Source: Octopus bimaculoides (Eukaryota). From it: a stretch of 43,307 nt of DNA. Location of the stretch: assembly GCF_001194135.2 (NCBI RefSeq), contig NC_068986.1, forward strand, positions 60,232,219-60,275,525, in the 5' to 3' direction. Numbering within the stretch: the stretch's first letter is position 1; each line of letters begins with the position of its first letter. The notes under the pieces were generated by a model, which saw only the letters and a list, made by a program, of their open reading frames with translations, was not told the DNA's origin and did no database searches. Positions 22,212-33,560 of this stretch are shown here, one piece after another. A program made the translations under genes and the position numbers.

Positions 22212-22247
<36 letters not shown>

Positions 22248-22584
22248 CTTCTGTTGGTGTTATCATATCGAATATTGAAGGCTGAATAGTTTCTTTTCTT
22301 TTTCTTTTTGATGTGGTTACTTGTAATAACTAGGTGGTGTTGGAAAAATGAACACATACTATGCTAATGTTTCGCTCCTGCTGATTGCTATTGATTCTCA
22401 AGTAGTGTTTATGTTTTTAACGCTGTTAACATCGCTGGATTGAATAGTACTGACCAGGTGTTGAAATCATAGTGAGATTATCTATCTGAACAATTGTTAC
22501 TCGTCAAGCACCATCTTCGACAAACTATTGTAATGACATTTAAAATAGGCGCTGGGCGCCATATATTTTGGAGGAGGAGTATGA

Positions 22585-22700
22585 TCGATTAAATTGATTC
22601 CCGTACTTGATGGGTACTTACTTTATGGCTCCAGAATCTGAAGAGCGAAGTTAAATTTGGTGGGATTGGAACTTAGAAAGTAAGGGAACCTATTTAAATA
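22585..22700 (-). mobile_element. Degenerate SINE family 1 fragment
   Basis: ATCGATTAAATTGATTCCC..GGTACTTACTTTAT..GGATTGGAACTTAGAA parallels the reverse strand of 24156-24388. Confidence 0.5.
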
Positions 22701-23569
22701 TTGTGTGATGTCAGACGCCCTACAAATTCTGTTAATCTACCACTATCAGGCAAACAATAATAATGCTAAAGCCAACCACTTAGATAAAAGACTCCAATTT
22801 GAGATTAAATAAGCTTCTCGATTGCGTTTTCTAGGAAACAGTTCTCTTTGGGTGTGAATGGTTTATGTAAATCAACTTGTCTACAATATCACAACCAACC
22901 ATGAAATCAGAAACCTAATTGAGAGTCAGTATTATGAATAATAATTGCAATGACTGGAGAATCTATTCTGAAGTTTAGCACTGCAGTAACGTCCCATTTA
23001 CTTTCTTTGGAGAATAAGATTACAAGCTGGTGAAATATTCGGTAATAACATAATATTCCCGTTTGAATTTCGGTAAGGGGTTTCTACTCGATAGTGCCTA
23101 TTTATTGTTAAAGGGACAGTTCACACCATGGACAATATGTACACTTCGACTTATTTGCTCATCTATCAATGTCACTGAATACATTGCGCTTTGTGTTGTT
23201 TTAAACAACACAAAGCACTTCCCAATATATGCTTTAAATAATCATTTGGAATACGTGTATACCACCATAACTTTATCATTGATCTATAGTTACAGTTACA
23301 ATAAAAATGACATGACAACATAAACCAATAATACGATATTTCAGCTAAGGTTTACTGGCTAGACATACGATTAATTTGTAATATTTCTGTTCTTTCAACA
23401 GTTTAACTGACAATAATATTCCTAATTAGGATAATTAACAACATCTCAATATCATATTATTGAAACCAATATTACGATTCAATCGAAATGTTATATTAGT
23501 ATAAAGCAAACAGCTATGTAATTCTACATAAAAATAATCCTTTCTACAAAACCTGAACTTTTCATCGAC

Positions 23570-23650
23570 TCCAGTGAATAACTGGTACTTATTTCATCCA
23601 CCCCGAAAGGATGAAAAGCAAAAGTCGACCTCAATAGAATTTGAACTGTT
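23570..23650 (-). mobile_element. SINE family 1 fragment
   Basis: ACTGGTACTTATTTCATCCACCCCGAAAGGATGAAAAGCAAAAGTCGACCTC..ATTTGAACT matches 24248-24310. Confidence 0.75.
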
Positions 23651-23806
23651 GTAAGGCCTATTCTGTTGTAACATTTTATGTTCAACTAACCTTAAAAGTT
23701 AGTTCCTTGCATTATTTCTACAGGTTAACACACTGTACGTTATTTAATGTTATGCAATATACTGTAGTAAACCAAGAGAGACTTTACAACCAACCACAGC
23801 TAAAAC

Positions 23807-23824
23807 TGATGACTCCGACGTGAT
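23807..23824 (+). promoter_or_regulatory. tRNA-Trp primer-binding site of a CsRn1-like Gypsy element
   Basis: TGATGACTCCGACGTGAT is 16/18 identical to TGGTGACCCCGACGTGAT, the complement of the metazoan tRNA-Trp 3' end as I recall it. It lies upstream of the gag remnant. Confidence 0.7.
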
Positions 23825-24155
23825 ACTTTCGTCAGCACACCCCACGTGATTACCTTTTTCAGCTTACCACTAAAACTGGTGACCTCGAACGAACAAATGA
23901 ACGACCATTGAATCAGCAGCCATCTTACATAAGGTTACAGTCCTGTACAAACCAGTGACTTTTTCAGTAAATTTTTCAGCAGCGGAAATCCTGAATGATT
24001 ATGGTACTCAGTCGTTTCAATTATGGTTACACATCATGCACAAAAAAATTTTTTCACTGAGAAAGTCAAATCCAGAACTTTTATAGCAGATTTTATACAT
24101 TCAGTTATGTGGAGCGCGAAAATTTCCAATGCTCAAATATTACCTCCTCCCACTA

Positions 24156-24388
24156 CTCTTGTAGTGCCCACAAGGGGCTACACACAGAGGGGACAAACAA
24201 GGACAGACAAACGGATTAAGTCGATTATATCGACCTCAGTGCGTAACTGGTACTTAATTTATCTACCCCGAAATGATGAAAGGCAAAGTCGACCTCGGCG
24301 GAATTTGAACTCAGAACGTAGCGGCAGACGAAATACTGCTAAGCATTTCGCCCGGCATGCAAACGTTTCTGCCAGCTTGCCGCCTTGT
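24156..24388 (-). mobile_element. tRNA-derived SINE family 1, near full length, inserted in the Gypsy leader
   Basis: Minus strand: GGCGGCAAGCTGGCAGAAACG..CTGAGTTCAAATTCCGCCGAGGTCGACTTTGCC..CCCCTTGTGGGC. Confidence 0.9.
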
Positions 24389-24529
24389 AAATAGTAGAAA
24401 TGGTAGATGAATATGCCAGCAAGACATTTCAAGTTGAGTACTCGCCAATTTTCTCTTTCATTGAAATTCATTTTCTGTATTCAGATGCGGTATAGCATCT
24501 CCGGTTCTTTTAATTTCTTCCGACATGTC

Positions 24530-25345
24530 TGATGCCATCTCAATGCAGACAGCAGTGTTCTTTGTTTCCCCACCATTCTCAGGAGACTCAGCAATTTGTT
24601 TTTCTCAACTAGAAGCTAGCCTTAAGCAGTGAAGTTAAAGACCTCATCACAACCCATTCGGATCAACTATCATATCTACATATGAAGACAAAAACTCTGA
24701 GGCGCACCTCCACATCAAAACAAAAACGATATCGTCAGCTCCTTCATAAAGAAATTTTAGGAGATAAACGCCCGTCACAATTACTTCGACGTATGCATGA
24801 TCTAGCAGGGAGTAATCCTTTGGACGAAGACATGTTGCGACAATTTTTTTCTCGCCTTCCTAACATGCAAGCAATTTTGACTACTATAAGGGAACACATT
24901 TCCATTCAAGACTTGGCTGACAGTATAATGGACATCTCTTCTTCGACTTCACATGGTGCAGAAAGTTATCCTTTCATCTCATCATTATCTTCTGAATTAG
25001 CTTTTTTTGTAAAGCTTTTGACGAAAATGTCCAGAATCTTACCGATCAAATTGACCGTTTACAGCTTCCTACTTCCAGTACACGTGCAAGACCGCGCAGA
25101 CATTCGTTTTCTAGAGGTCGGAATTCTAGAACTAGCAGGAAGCGGACATCTTTCTGTTGGTATCATAACTGTTTTGGAATTCACGCACATAAGTGTATTT
25201 CCCTTGTGTCTTTACCCCGGTTATACAACACCAGGAATATTCCCTTACCAGAGATTAAACGCGGTTACGTCTTTGGAAAGACCATCAACGTGTCGCATAT
25301 TCTTTACCCACGATACCAATTCCAAACAGCATTTGTTGGCAGACA
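24530..25345 (+). mobile_element. Gypsy (CsRn1-like) gag and start of protease, pseudogenised
   Basis: PPFSGDSAICFSQLEA; EILGDKRPSQLLRRMHDLAG; CWYHNCFGIHAHKC (CHCC-type knuckle, off-frame); HLLADTGA (aspartic protease). Confidence 0.85.
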
Positions 25346-25595
25346 CAGGAGCGCATGTAGTATCAAAACCAAATTCCATCCCCATGTCATCACTGAATGC
25401 TTTCATAGTACGTGATAGTACTTCAAGCTCATTATTGTCTTTGCTATAGAGTTTTAAGTCAGCCATATAAAACAGATGACAATAAAATATTATTGTCGCC
25501 GATTTTGTACTTATAACCTTTTCTGTTAAGTTCACTTGTAAGGCTATGCAAAAAATTAGAAGTGAAAATGAGCCACCTTGGAAAATACTGCAGTT
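25345..25595 (-). mobile_element. R4/Dong-like LINE RT fragment
   Basis: IFQGGSFSLLIFCIA..LTSELNRKGYKYKIG..HLFYMADLKLYSK..FSDDMGMEFGFD (RT motifs 4-6). Confidence 0.8.
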
Positions 25596-25597
25596 GA

Positions 25598-26580
25598 TAT
25601 CATTATTATTATATGTTTGACTTTTGCTTTGTAATTGTGCAAGTCGACTCCAAGTCTCACCCAGAGACCTAAAGAGACAAGCTAGAAGTTCAAGTTGGTG
25701 TTATGACTAGAGTGCCATATATTTGGTTTTACACAAAGTATTGTTCTAGAGAATGTCTAAGAAAACCTAAGAAATTATAAGTTTGTTTTAAAATTTGGGA
25801 TTACATAGACAGTAGTCTACGTAGGATATGAGCAGTTTCCATGAGCACTATCTTTTGAATTTCTTCCATTTTGGGGTTTCCTGGTATTTGAGCTAGGCAG
25901 CAATCAGCCCCTTTTGCTATCATTTCTAGAGCACCTACGACAACAGGTATTGTTTTAGTCTTTGCCAATTTCTATTTAAAATCTTTATACTTGCTCAGTT
26001 TTGGTAGGTCTTGACAGATACATTTATGTCGATTGGGACAGTCATATCGACGAGGAAGCATGATTTTTGTCTGAAATCCTTCAATATAAAGTCTGGCCTA
26101 TCCGCATCTTTCTTTCTGTCTGTTTGAATGGTGAAGTTCCAGAAGAGTGAGATTAGGTCATTTTCAAGCACTGGCGGTGGTTTGTGTTTCCACCAGTTTT
26201 TATCATGGGGCAGGTCCAAGTCTTTGCAAATTACCCAGTGAATATACTGTGTTGCTCTATCATGTCTGTTGAGATACTCTGTAGGTGCAACAAGACTGCA
26301 CATAGAGACAATATGATCGATGGTTTCAATTTTTTGTTTACATACACGACATATTGGCCTAGTAACTTCTTGTTGATAGGCATCGATCTCGGGCTGCTAT
26401 GATAAACACTTCAAACTGATCTACAGCCATAAGACACTAACCATTGATGGGTAAGGACTTTGTCAATATCAGCATTATTAGCTCTCTTTGAGTATTTGCC
26501 ATTGAGAGGTTTTTCTTGCCATTTATCAAGTAAGAATATTTAAGGCAGCAGTTTTAGCAAGAGCTTTCATACGCTTAACT
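25598..26580 (-). mobile_element. R4/Dong-like LINE 3' portion (CCHC, RLE, 3' UTR, (TAA)n tail)
   Basis: KPLNGKYSKRANNADIDK; CSLVAPTEYLNRHD; WNFTIQTD..RPDFILKD..FLVDMTVP; tail ATAATAATAATGAT. Confidence 0.9.
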
Positions 26581-26593
26581 TTTTTTTCCTTTT

Positions 26594-26731
26594 ATTATTA
26601 TTATATGAAAACTCTCAGCTTATTTTGTTGGGTATGATGAAAAGTGTCAGCTGTCCACAGCCAGCAGACTAAGGTGACACTTGTTTACTGGTCATATTTC
26701 AAGAACCCTGCGAAGAATTCTTGCAGTTCCA
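26594..26731 (-). mobile_element. Very short R4/Dong-like 3' end
   Basis: GTARILRRVLEI* followed by a short UTR and ATAATAATAATAAAG. Confidence 0.75.
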
Positions 26732-28045
26732 TTATTATTATTATTATTGTTATTATTATTATTGCTGTTGTTGTTGCTTTTTAATTTTGTTTCCATTTCT
26801 TGCCGAGTGTCTTCCTGACACCTAGGGCAGAGAAGCTCACTATATACATTGGTAAGCCATTATAATAAATACACCAGATTGTTCATTTACAAAGTCATGT
26901 GATAGAGTAAAAAGGGGGAAGAAAGACAGAGAGAAAAAGGAAAAAATTTAAAAAGTAAACAAAGAAAATAAAGGAGAAAAAAAGAAAGAAAATTCACAGC
27001 GACAATGCTCTTCTCAGTACATCTGACGTACCAGTCAAGACAATCTTTTGCACTTCCCGCATAGATGGTAAGCCAGGGATCATTTAATATAATAAATACA
27101 AAAACTAATTTCTGTGTGTCACACTTCGGTCCCCTCTCTCACTATTCATTGACACTCCTACTATTGTTCATGTTGGGGTGAGAGTAATAGTAGGCATAGA
27201 GACAGTGAGGGCGGTGGTGAAGACAGAGAGAGAGAGAGAGAGAGAAAGAAAGAAAGAAAGAAAGAAAAGGAGAGAGAGAGAAAGAGAGACAAAGAAATTT
27301 AGGGAGAGTTGATGATGTTTTTATTAAAAATAATAGTGTTGATGGCGGCAGTAGGAGTAATAATAAGAGATAGGTAGAGTGGGTATGTGAGAGAAAGAGG
27401 GACTGACCACTGAACTAACATGCCGAAGTAACATACTGAACGAACACACACATTTAGCCACTTTTAAGCTAATTCTTAAGTAACTTTCACTTCCTTTTTT
27501 GATCATTTCATGTGCTCCTACAATCACTGGTATTATTGGTATTATAACCGTCTTGAGATGCTACATTTTTCCGATTTCAGTTAGCAAATCTTTATATTTT
27601 CTGAGCTTATCAAATTCTTTTGCCAAGATATTATGGTCATAGGATATGCTCATGTCAATCAAAAAACAAATTTTATTGTTTGGGCCTTTCACAACATCTG
27701 ATTTATTTGCTTTGATGGTCGAGTCTGTACATACTGGGAAGTCCCAAAGAACCGTAGTATTTTCTCCCTCAGTAACAGCCTTAGGGTAGTGCTTGTACCA
27801 TTTGTCAGCAGTTTGGATTTTATAATGCCGACACATTATCCAATGTAGATATTGACCAACTCTGTCATGTCTTGATTTATACACTACAAATGCTAAGTCC
27901 TTACACCCAGAGATTAGGTGATCTACTGTTTCAATCCCATCATTGCAGCATCGGCACTTTGGGTCTACTCCATTTTTTTATCACATTGGCTTGATAGTTC
28001 CAGATCAATAAGCTCTATTCTTGAGCAGCCAATATAAAGCCTTCA
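26732..28045 (-). mobile_element. R4/Dong-like LINE 3' portion, interrupted at ~27090-27470
   Basis: CRCCNDGIETVDHLISGC; YKSRHDRVGQYLHW; LWDFPVCTD; FLIDMSI; VIVGAHEMIKKG | MIPGLPSMREVQKIVLTGTSDVLRRALS; (CAA/TAA)n tail at 26732-26777. Confidence 0.88.
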
Positions 28046-28545
28046 CTTATTATCATTAATATCATCGTCATTATTATTCATATATGCACAACAGATTAGA
28101 CTGTTGGAAATGAAAAATTCCTAACATCGGGCTACAGCAAGTAACCTTAGATGCCAAGAATCTTCCTAAGTATCCTAGCTGTCCCTAATAACACTGTTTT
28201 CTAAACTGGGTTTTATGCCTATTTACTCTATCCATCTCTTCAAATCTTTAAGGATAGTTCCTAATGCACTTATAACTATTGGGATACATTTTACCCGCAC
28301 ATTCCATAGTTTCTGTAATTCAATAGTTAGGTCCCGGTACTTGGCTAATTTTTCCATACTTCTCATATTGATTTTTTCACTATTTGTGACTGTAAAGTCA
28401 ATTATCTGACACTTTCTATTCTCTTTGTCTACTACTACTAAATCAGGCCTTCTAACTTCTATCACTCTGTCAATCTGAATGTTTTAAAGTCCCACAACAT
28501 CTTATATTTCCTTCTTTCTAATACTTTACTAGGTTCATGTTCATA
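28046..28545 (-). mobile_element. R4/Dong-like LINE 3' portion (RLE domain)
   Basis: IEVRRPDLVVVDKENRKCQIIDFTV..EKLAKYRDL..IPIVISALG; ..LLGTARILRKILGI*; AATAATAATGA tail. Confidence 0.9.
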
Positions 28546-29012
28546 TCATTTATCAGTGCCTATAGTAGAAAGAACTCGGTTGATGTTTTTTACTGGAATA
28601 CTGTGCTGAATTTAGTTCCCCTGTGGACTTTGAGAATCTGTCTATCTTGGAGCCTATTTGTGGTAACAACTTCAAAGTTATAGCTGGTGCACAATGCTAG
28701 TCTGTTCCACGTTAAATTGGTGAAGCATGTACATCCATCATCAAATACGTTACTCGGCAATATTTATCGACCATGATATTTTCAGCTTTAGTGCAATGTT
28801 GTAATCTTCTTTCGTATTCTCTTCATATTCTTCTCTTTTCCTGCCTTTGTTAAGAACAGTACTATCTGAGAAAAGTTAACTAACCAGATGAAATTGATGC
28901 ACATTTTTATATTCAAGGGTATATGCCACTTGTTATACATATAGGTTTTTTTATCTGATTTTTTTTTTAGAATTTACATTTGCTCATAAGATACAGAAAA
29001 AAGGATAGGAGG

Positions 29013-29062
<50 letters not shown>

Positions 29063-29149
29063 CTCATATTTTTTGCTTGATCAAATCTATGTAGATACAA
29101 ACATGACTTTTTAGCTATTTTACTCACACGCACATATAGACACATGCAT

Positions 29150-29202
29150 GTATTTATCTATCTAGTTATCTATCTGTCTATTTATCTATCTATCTATGTA
29201 TG

Positions 29203-29245
<43 letters not shown>
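29150..29245. repeat. (TATC)n microsatellite (representative; (AT)n, (GT)n, (GA)n and (GAT)n tracts occur throughout)
   Basis: Direct reading. Confidence 0.95.
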
Positions 29246-29248
<3 letters not shown>

Positions 29249-30973
29249 CTATTAGTACAAAAGAGAAGGACAGGTAGAGAGATTATGATGCAGATGTTAA
29301 CTGAACGTGAAATGGATTATTCAACAGTTATATATTGAAAACACGCATACATACATAATAGCATGAACACAAAAATTGATATTTATACAAACAAACATAC
29401 ATGGAAACAAACACCGCATGAAAAAGAATTCAGGAAATAAATGTTATTTTTATTTCTATATTCACATTTAGTCAGCATATCATTCCAGCCTACAAACTTA
29501 ACGAGAATTCCTTTTCTGAATTCTATTTTATTTTTTATAGAATAGAGTTTCGATATCAACTATGATTGGAAATCAGTAAACATTTTGTTTTTCTCTTTAT
29601 TATATACTTTAATATTTTACTATATATTTTCATTTTTGCTTTTGCCCTCACCTCCCAATCAACATTTTTCTCATCTTCATTAAATTTTCCGTATTTCATC
29701 TTCTTTATGTTTGGTTCTTTTTTTTTTTACTACTGTTCTCAGTCTATTCCATTCTTTCATCTCCGGCCTAAATATTGATTTCTTACATACGCACAAGGCC
29801 AACAATCTGGTAGGTGAGAATGGCCAATTATATCAATTCTTGTACATAACTGGTGTTTTATATCACCGAGGCTAGAAGGATGAGACCGAAGCTGATTTTC
29901 GAACTTTGACTTACAACTGAAACAGCTGCAATGAACCACTAGAAATTTTTGGCTCAACGTTAAAACAAAATGTGTGTACACACATATTCACACACAATAC
30001 ATATGCACACCCACGCACCTACACAAATACTTGCACACACACACATACGTAATATAAAAATTCTTAGGAATGAATGAACGTTCTATGTTCATAATCACAT
30101 AGGAACATACACATATATAAATAGACACACACACTATATACATAACGCTTACATACATGCATACATATACTTGCACATAAATACATGCGCATACACAATC
30201 ATACGCATAAACACACCTACGCACAAACATACATACATACACAAACATGTATATACACATGCACACACATGAATATAAATTAATATATATAAATACGCCT
30301 ATACTCCTACACACGCCCACATACGCATGCATATACACACATAAATATAGATATACTAAAATATTCGTGCACACATGTATATATCTTATATATAAATGGT
30401 AATTTCTATTTGTCTGTTACCATCTTACTGCGAACCAATATTCACGAAACTTTCCATACATGTTACACTAACATCCATTTCAATAATAGGCTAATTGGAT
30501 TTCAATAAAAATCTATGATGTTCCCCCTAATTGGGCGAATTATATGATAAAATGAGAAGGGTGCAAAAAGAATTAGTCTGAGGGAAAAGTAGTAGCAGAG
30601 TGTGATTAATATCAGGGAAGGGGAGAACAGCGTTATGTAAGCGACAAATATGGAGTGGCAATGGGACGTTAATGTTAATACAGCAGTCATATACACGCGA
30701 TGCTACATACATCCTTTCGTAAATACATAGATACATGCACACACACACACACAAGTAACTTTTAAAACGACGAGGAAGGAAGAGAAAGGTGGGTGTCAGG
30801 AATACGTAGCTTTAAGGAGAGAGAGGAGTAGGTGGCTTTTCTGCTATCCATCGCAAAGAAACACTCACACATAGACACACACACATTCATATATATATAA
30901 ACATACATACATACATACACATGTCTACTATACACCATTTTAAACTCATGATCACCTGTGTGTACGTTTGGGA

Positions 30974-31007
<34 letters not shown>

Positions 31008-31490
31008 CGTCCTATAACTGTCTGTCTCCCTACTTTTCTAGGGTCTTCCCTGTTGCTGTCACATATTGTGAGATTTTAAAATTACATCAAAAGTTTCAAA
31101 TTTCGTATACTGAAATAATTTTCCATGTTAAATCCGATTTTGTTATTTATTTGTTCCAGAAAAATTGCAGAAAAATGTTACTGAGGTTTAAAGTTTAATC
31201 AATTTTACCTAATCAGAAAACAGGATTTGGAAGCTGGCATTTTCTGCATGATAGTTGTCTATCACGAAATGAAAGCAAAATCACCAGGAGGAGGAATTTT
31301 TATTAAACAAACGAAAGCAAAGCATTACGACCACCAAAGTTGTAAGAATTTCTGAAGTTTTAAGAAGTTTGAATAAATAAAATCATGTGAAACGGTCGAA
31401 AAAAATGTAAATAATTCAAAAAGGAAAAAAATCGTTAACGAAGTTTTTTTTGCGAAAAATTGCACAAATCTGTTCTGATGAAGAGTCCTA

Positions 31491-32300
31491 AAGCAACATA
31501 AAAAAATGACCCTTCATCAGTTGTCGGCTGTTTTTCTACTTTGTATTTTGAACAATTCACGGCAAGATACGTTTTCGACAAAGCAGTTGCTCCCGCAAAG
31601 CAAATTAAATAAAATTTGGGATTTTGTGGAGGGTCAAAGTTGGTAACAAAAACAGGACGGTGAAAACAAACAGGAAGGGTTGTTAAGCCAGAACGAGGTG
31701 AGTTGGTGAACGCAGAGGAACAAGATGTGACAGGAGACAGACAAGAATGCGTCTTATCCCTGCGGTTGATCAGAAAGAAAGAAAAAAATTCAAGTTAGGA
31801 AAAGAAAAATGGCCGATGGTCACGTGGGAACAACGAGAGAGCAAAGGCGGAAGAGTGAAGGAGGGAGAGGGACAGACTCAGAACGATGAAGGGGAGAGAA
31901 AAAGAATCAAAGAAAGGATGAAAGAGAAAAAATCCCAAATTTTATTTAATTTGCTTTGCGGGAGCAACTGTCGAAAACGTATCTTGTCGTGAATTACTCA
32001 AAATACGAAGTAGAAAAACAGCCGACAACTGATGAAGGGTCGATTTTTTATGTTGCTTGTCTTGTTTTCCATTTGTTTGTTTCGTTCTTTGCAAAAAAGA
32101 TCGTATTCCATGTTATCGTATTTCATGTTATTTTCGTATTTCATGTTTACGTTCTGTGGTGTCCTGTACCCAAATATGCATGCGTATATACATATATATG
32201 CAAGTATCTACATATATGTATGTATATATGCAAGTATCTACATATATGTATGTATATATGCATATATTTATATATTATTTATATTATATTATATTATATA
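31491..32300. mobile_element. Repeat family A with internal ~135-bp inverted duplication
   Basis: 31491-31625 is the reverse complement of 31929-32058; 32058-32300 is the reverse complement of the 140-340 block. Confidence 0.8.
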
Positions 32301-33006
32301 TATATATATATATATATNNNNNNNNNNNNNNNNNNNNNNNNNNNNNNNNNNNNNNNNNNNNNNNNNNNNNNNNNNNNNNNNNNNNNNNNNNNNNNNNNNN
32401 NNNNNNNNNNNNNNNNNNNNNNNNNNNNNNNNNNNNNNNNNNNNNNNNNNNNNNNNNNNNNNNNNNNNNNNNNNNNNNNNNNNNNNNNNNNNNNNNNNNN
32501 NNNNNNNNNNNNNNNNNNNNNNNNNNNNNNNNNNNNNNNNNNNNNNNNNNNNNNNNNNNNNNNNNNNNNNNNNNNNNNNNNNNNNNNNNNNNNNNNNNNN
32601 NNNNNNNNNNNNNNNNNNNNNNNNNNNNNNNNNNNNNNNNNNNNNNNNNNNNNNNNNNNNNNNNNNNNNNNNNNNNNNNNNNNNNNNNNNNNNNNNNNNN
32701 NNNNNNNNNNNNNNNNNNNNNNNNNNNNNNNNNNNNNNNNNNNNNNNNNNNNNNNNNNNATATATAATGAGAATTTACAAAAAAAATAACAAAAGACGAA
32801 GTGTGTAAGCAACAGATGTATTAGTTTATTTACTTATTTATTTATCTATTTATTTATTCATTTACATATTGATATATTTGTTTTTTTAGCTGTACGCGTA
32901 CCCTTATCTATCTATATATAAGTGTGTATGTATATATGTGTATATGTATGTATATGTATGTATATGTGCATGTATGTATGTACGTATGTATGTATGTATG
33001 TATATT

Positions 33007-33082
<76 letters not shown>

Positions 33083-33560
33083 ATACATCCTTTTGTTGTT
33101 TACACCACCTGTCCTCGTCTGTTGTTGGTTTTTTCGTAAATTCTCCCATATATATATATACATACATACGCATATACATATACATACATATACACATATA
33201 TACATACATACACATATACATACATATACATACGTATGCACATATATACATACACATACATACATATATTTTTCACTCACACATATCACCATATATTAGA
33301 ATAATTAATTAATTAGTAAAAGAAATAAAATATAATCAAAATAGTTAAAATAAGTTATCATATCCCACTATATAATTTATAAATTCATAAACCTAATAAA
33401 TAATACTACATATTTATAGCAATTAATGTCCATTAATTAAATGATTAAAATAATTTATTCCATATAATGACTATCCCGTATCTGAGTTATAACATCTGCA
33501 TAAGTATTAATACTAAGGGTATGAATAAAGCAATTAAAGGTATATAAGGCAATTTAGGGT

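Noticed and set aside
22700-23560. Apparently unique sequence (also 28560-28900, 30400-30700) as host exons
   Set aside because: No convincing ORF with splice sites or recognisable protein motif; short exons or conserved non-coding elements cannot be excluded without RNA-seq or alignments.
23806-23834. CTGATGA...TCGTCAG hairpin as a hammerhead
   Set aside because: There is no GAAA/UH half; it is better explained as the tRNA-Trp PBS.
29988-30374. ORFs rich in YI/CV/HT dipeptides (also 11995-12655, 32912-33312)
   Set aside because: These are translations of degenerate dinucleotide microsatellites.
33290-33560. AT-rich block as a mitochondrial control-region NUMT
   Set aside because: There are no adjacent mitochondrial genes or tRNAs, and it resembles the PLE-associated AT-rich sequence of the 2501-3138 arms.
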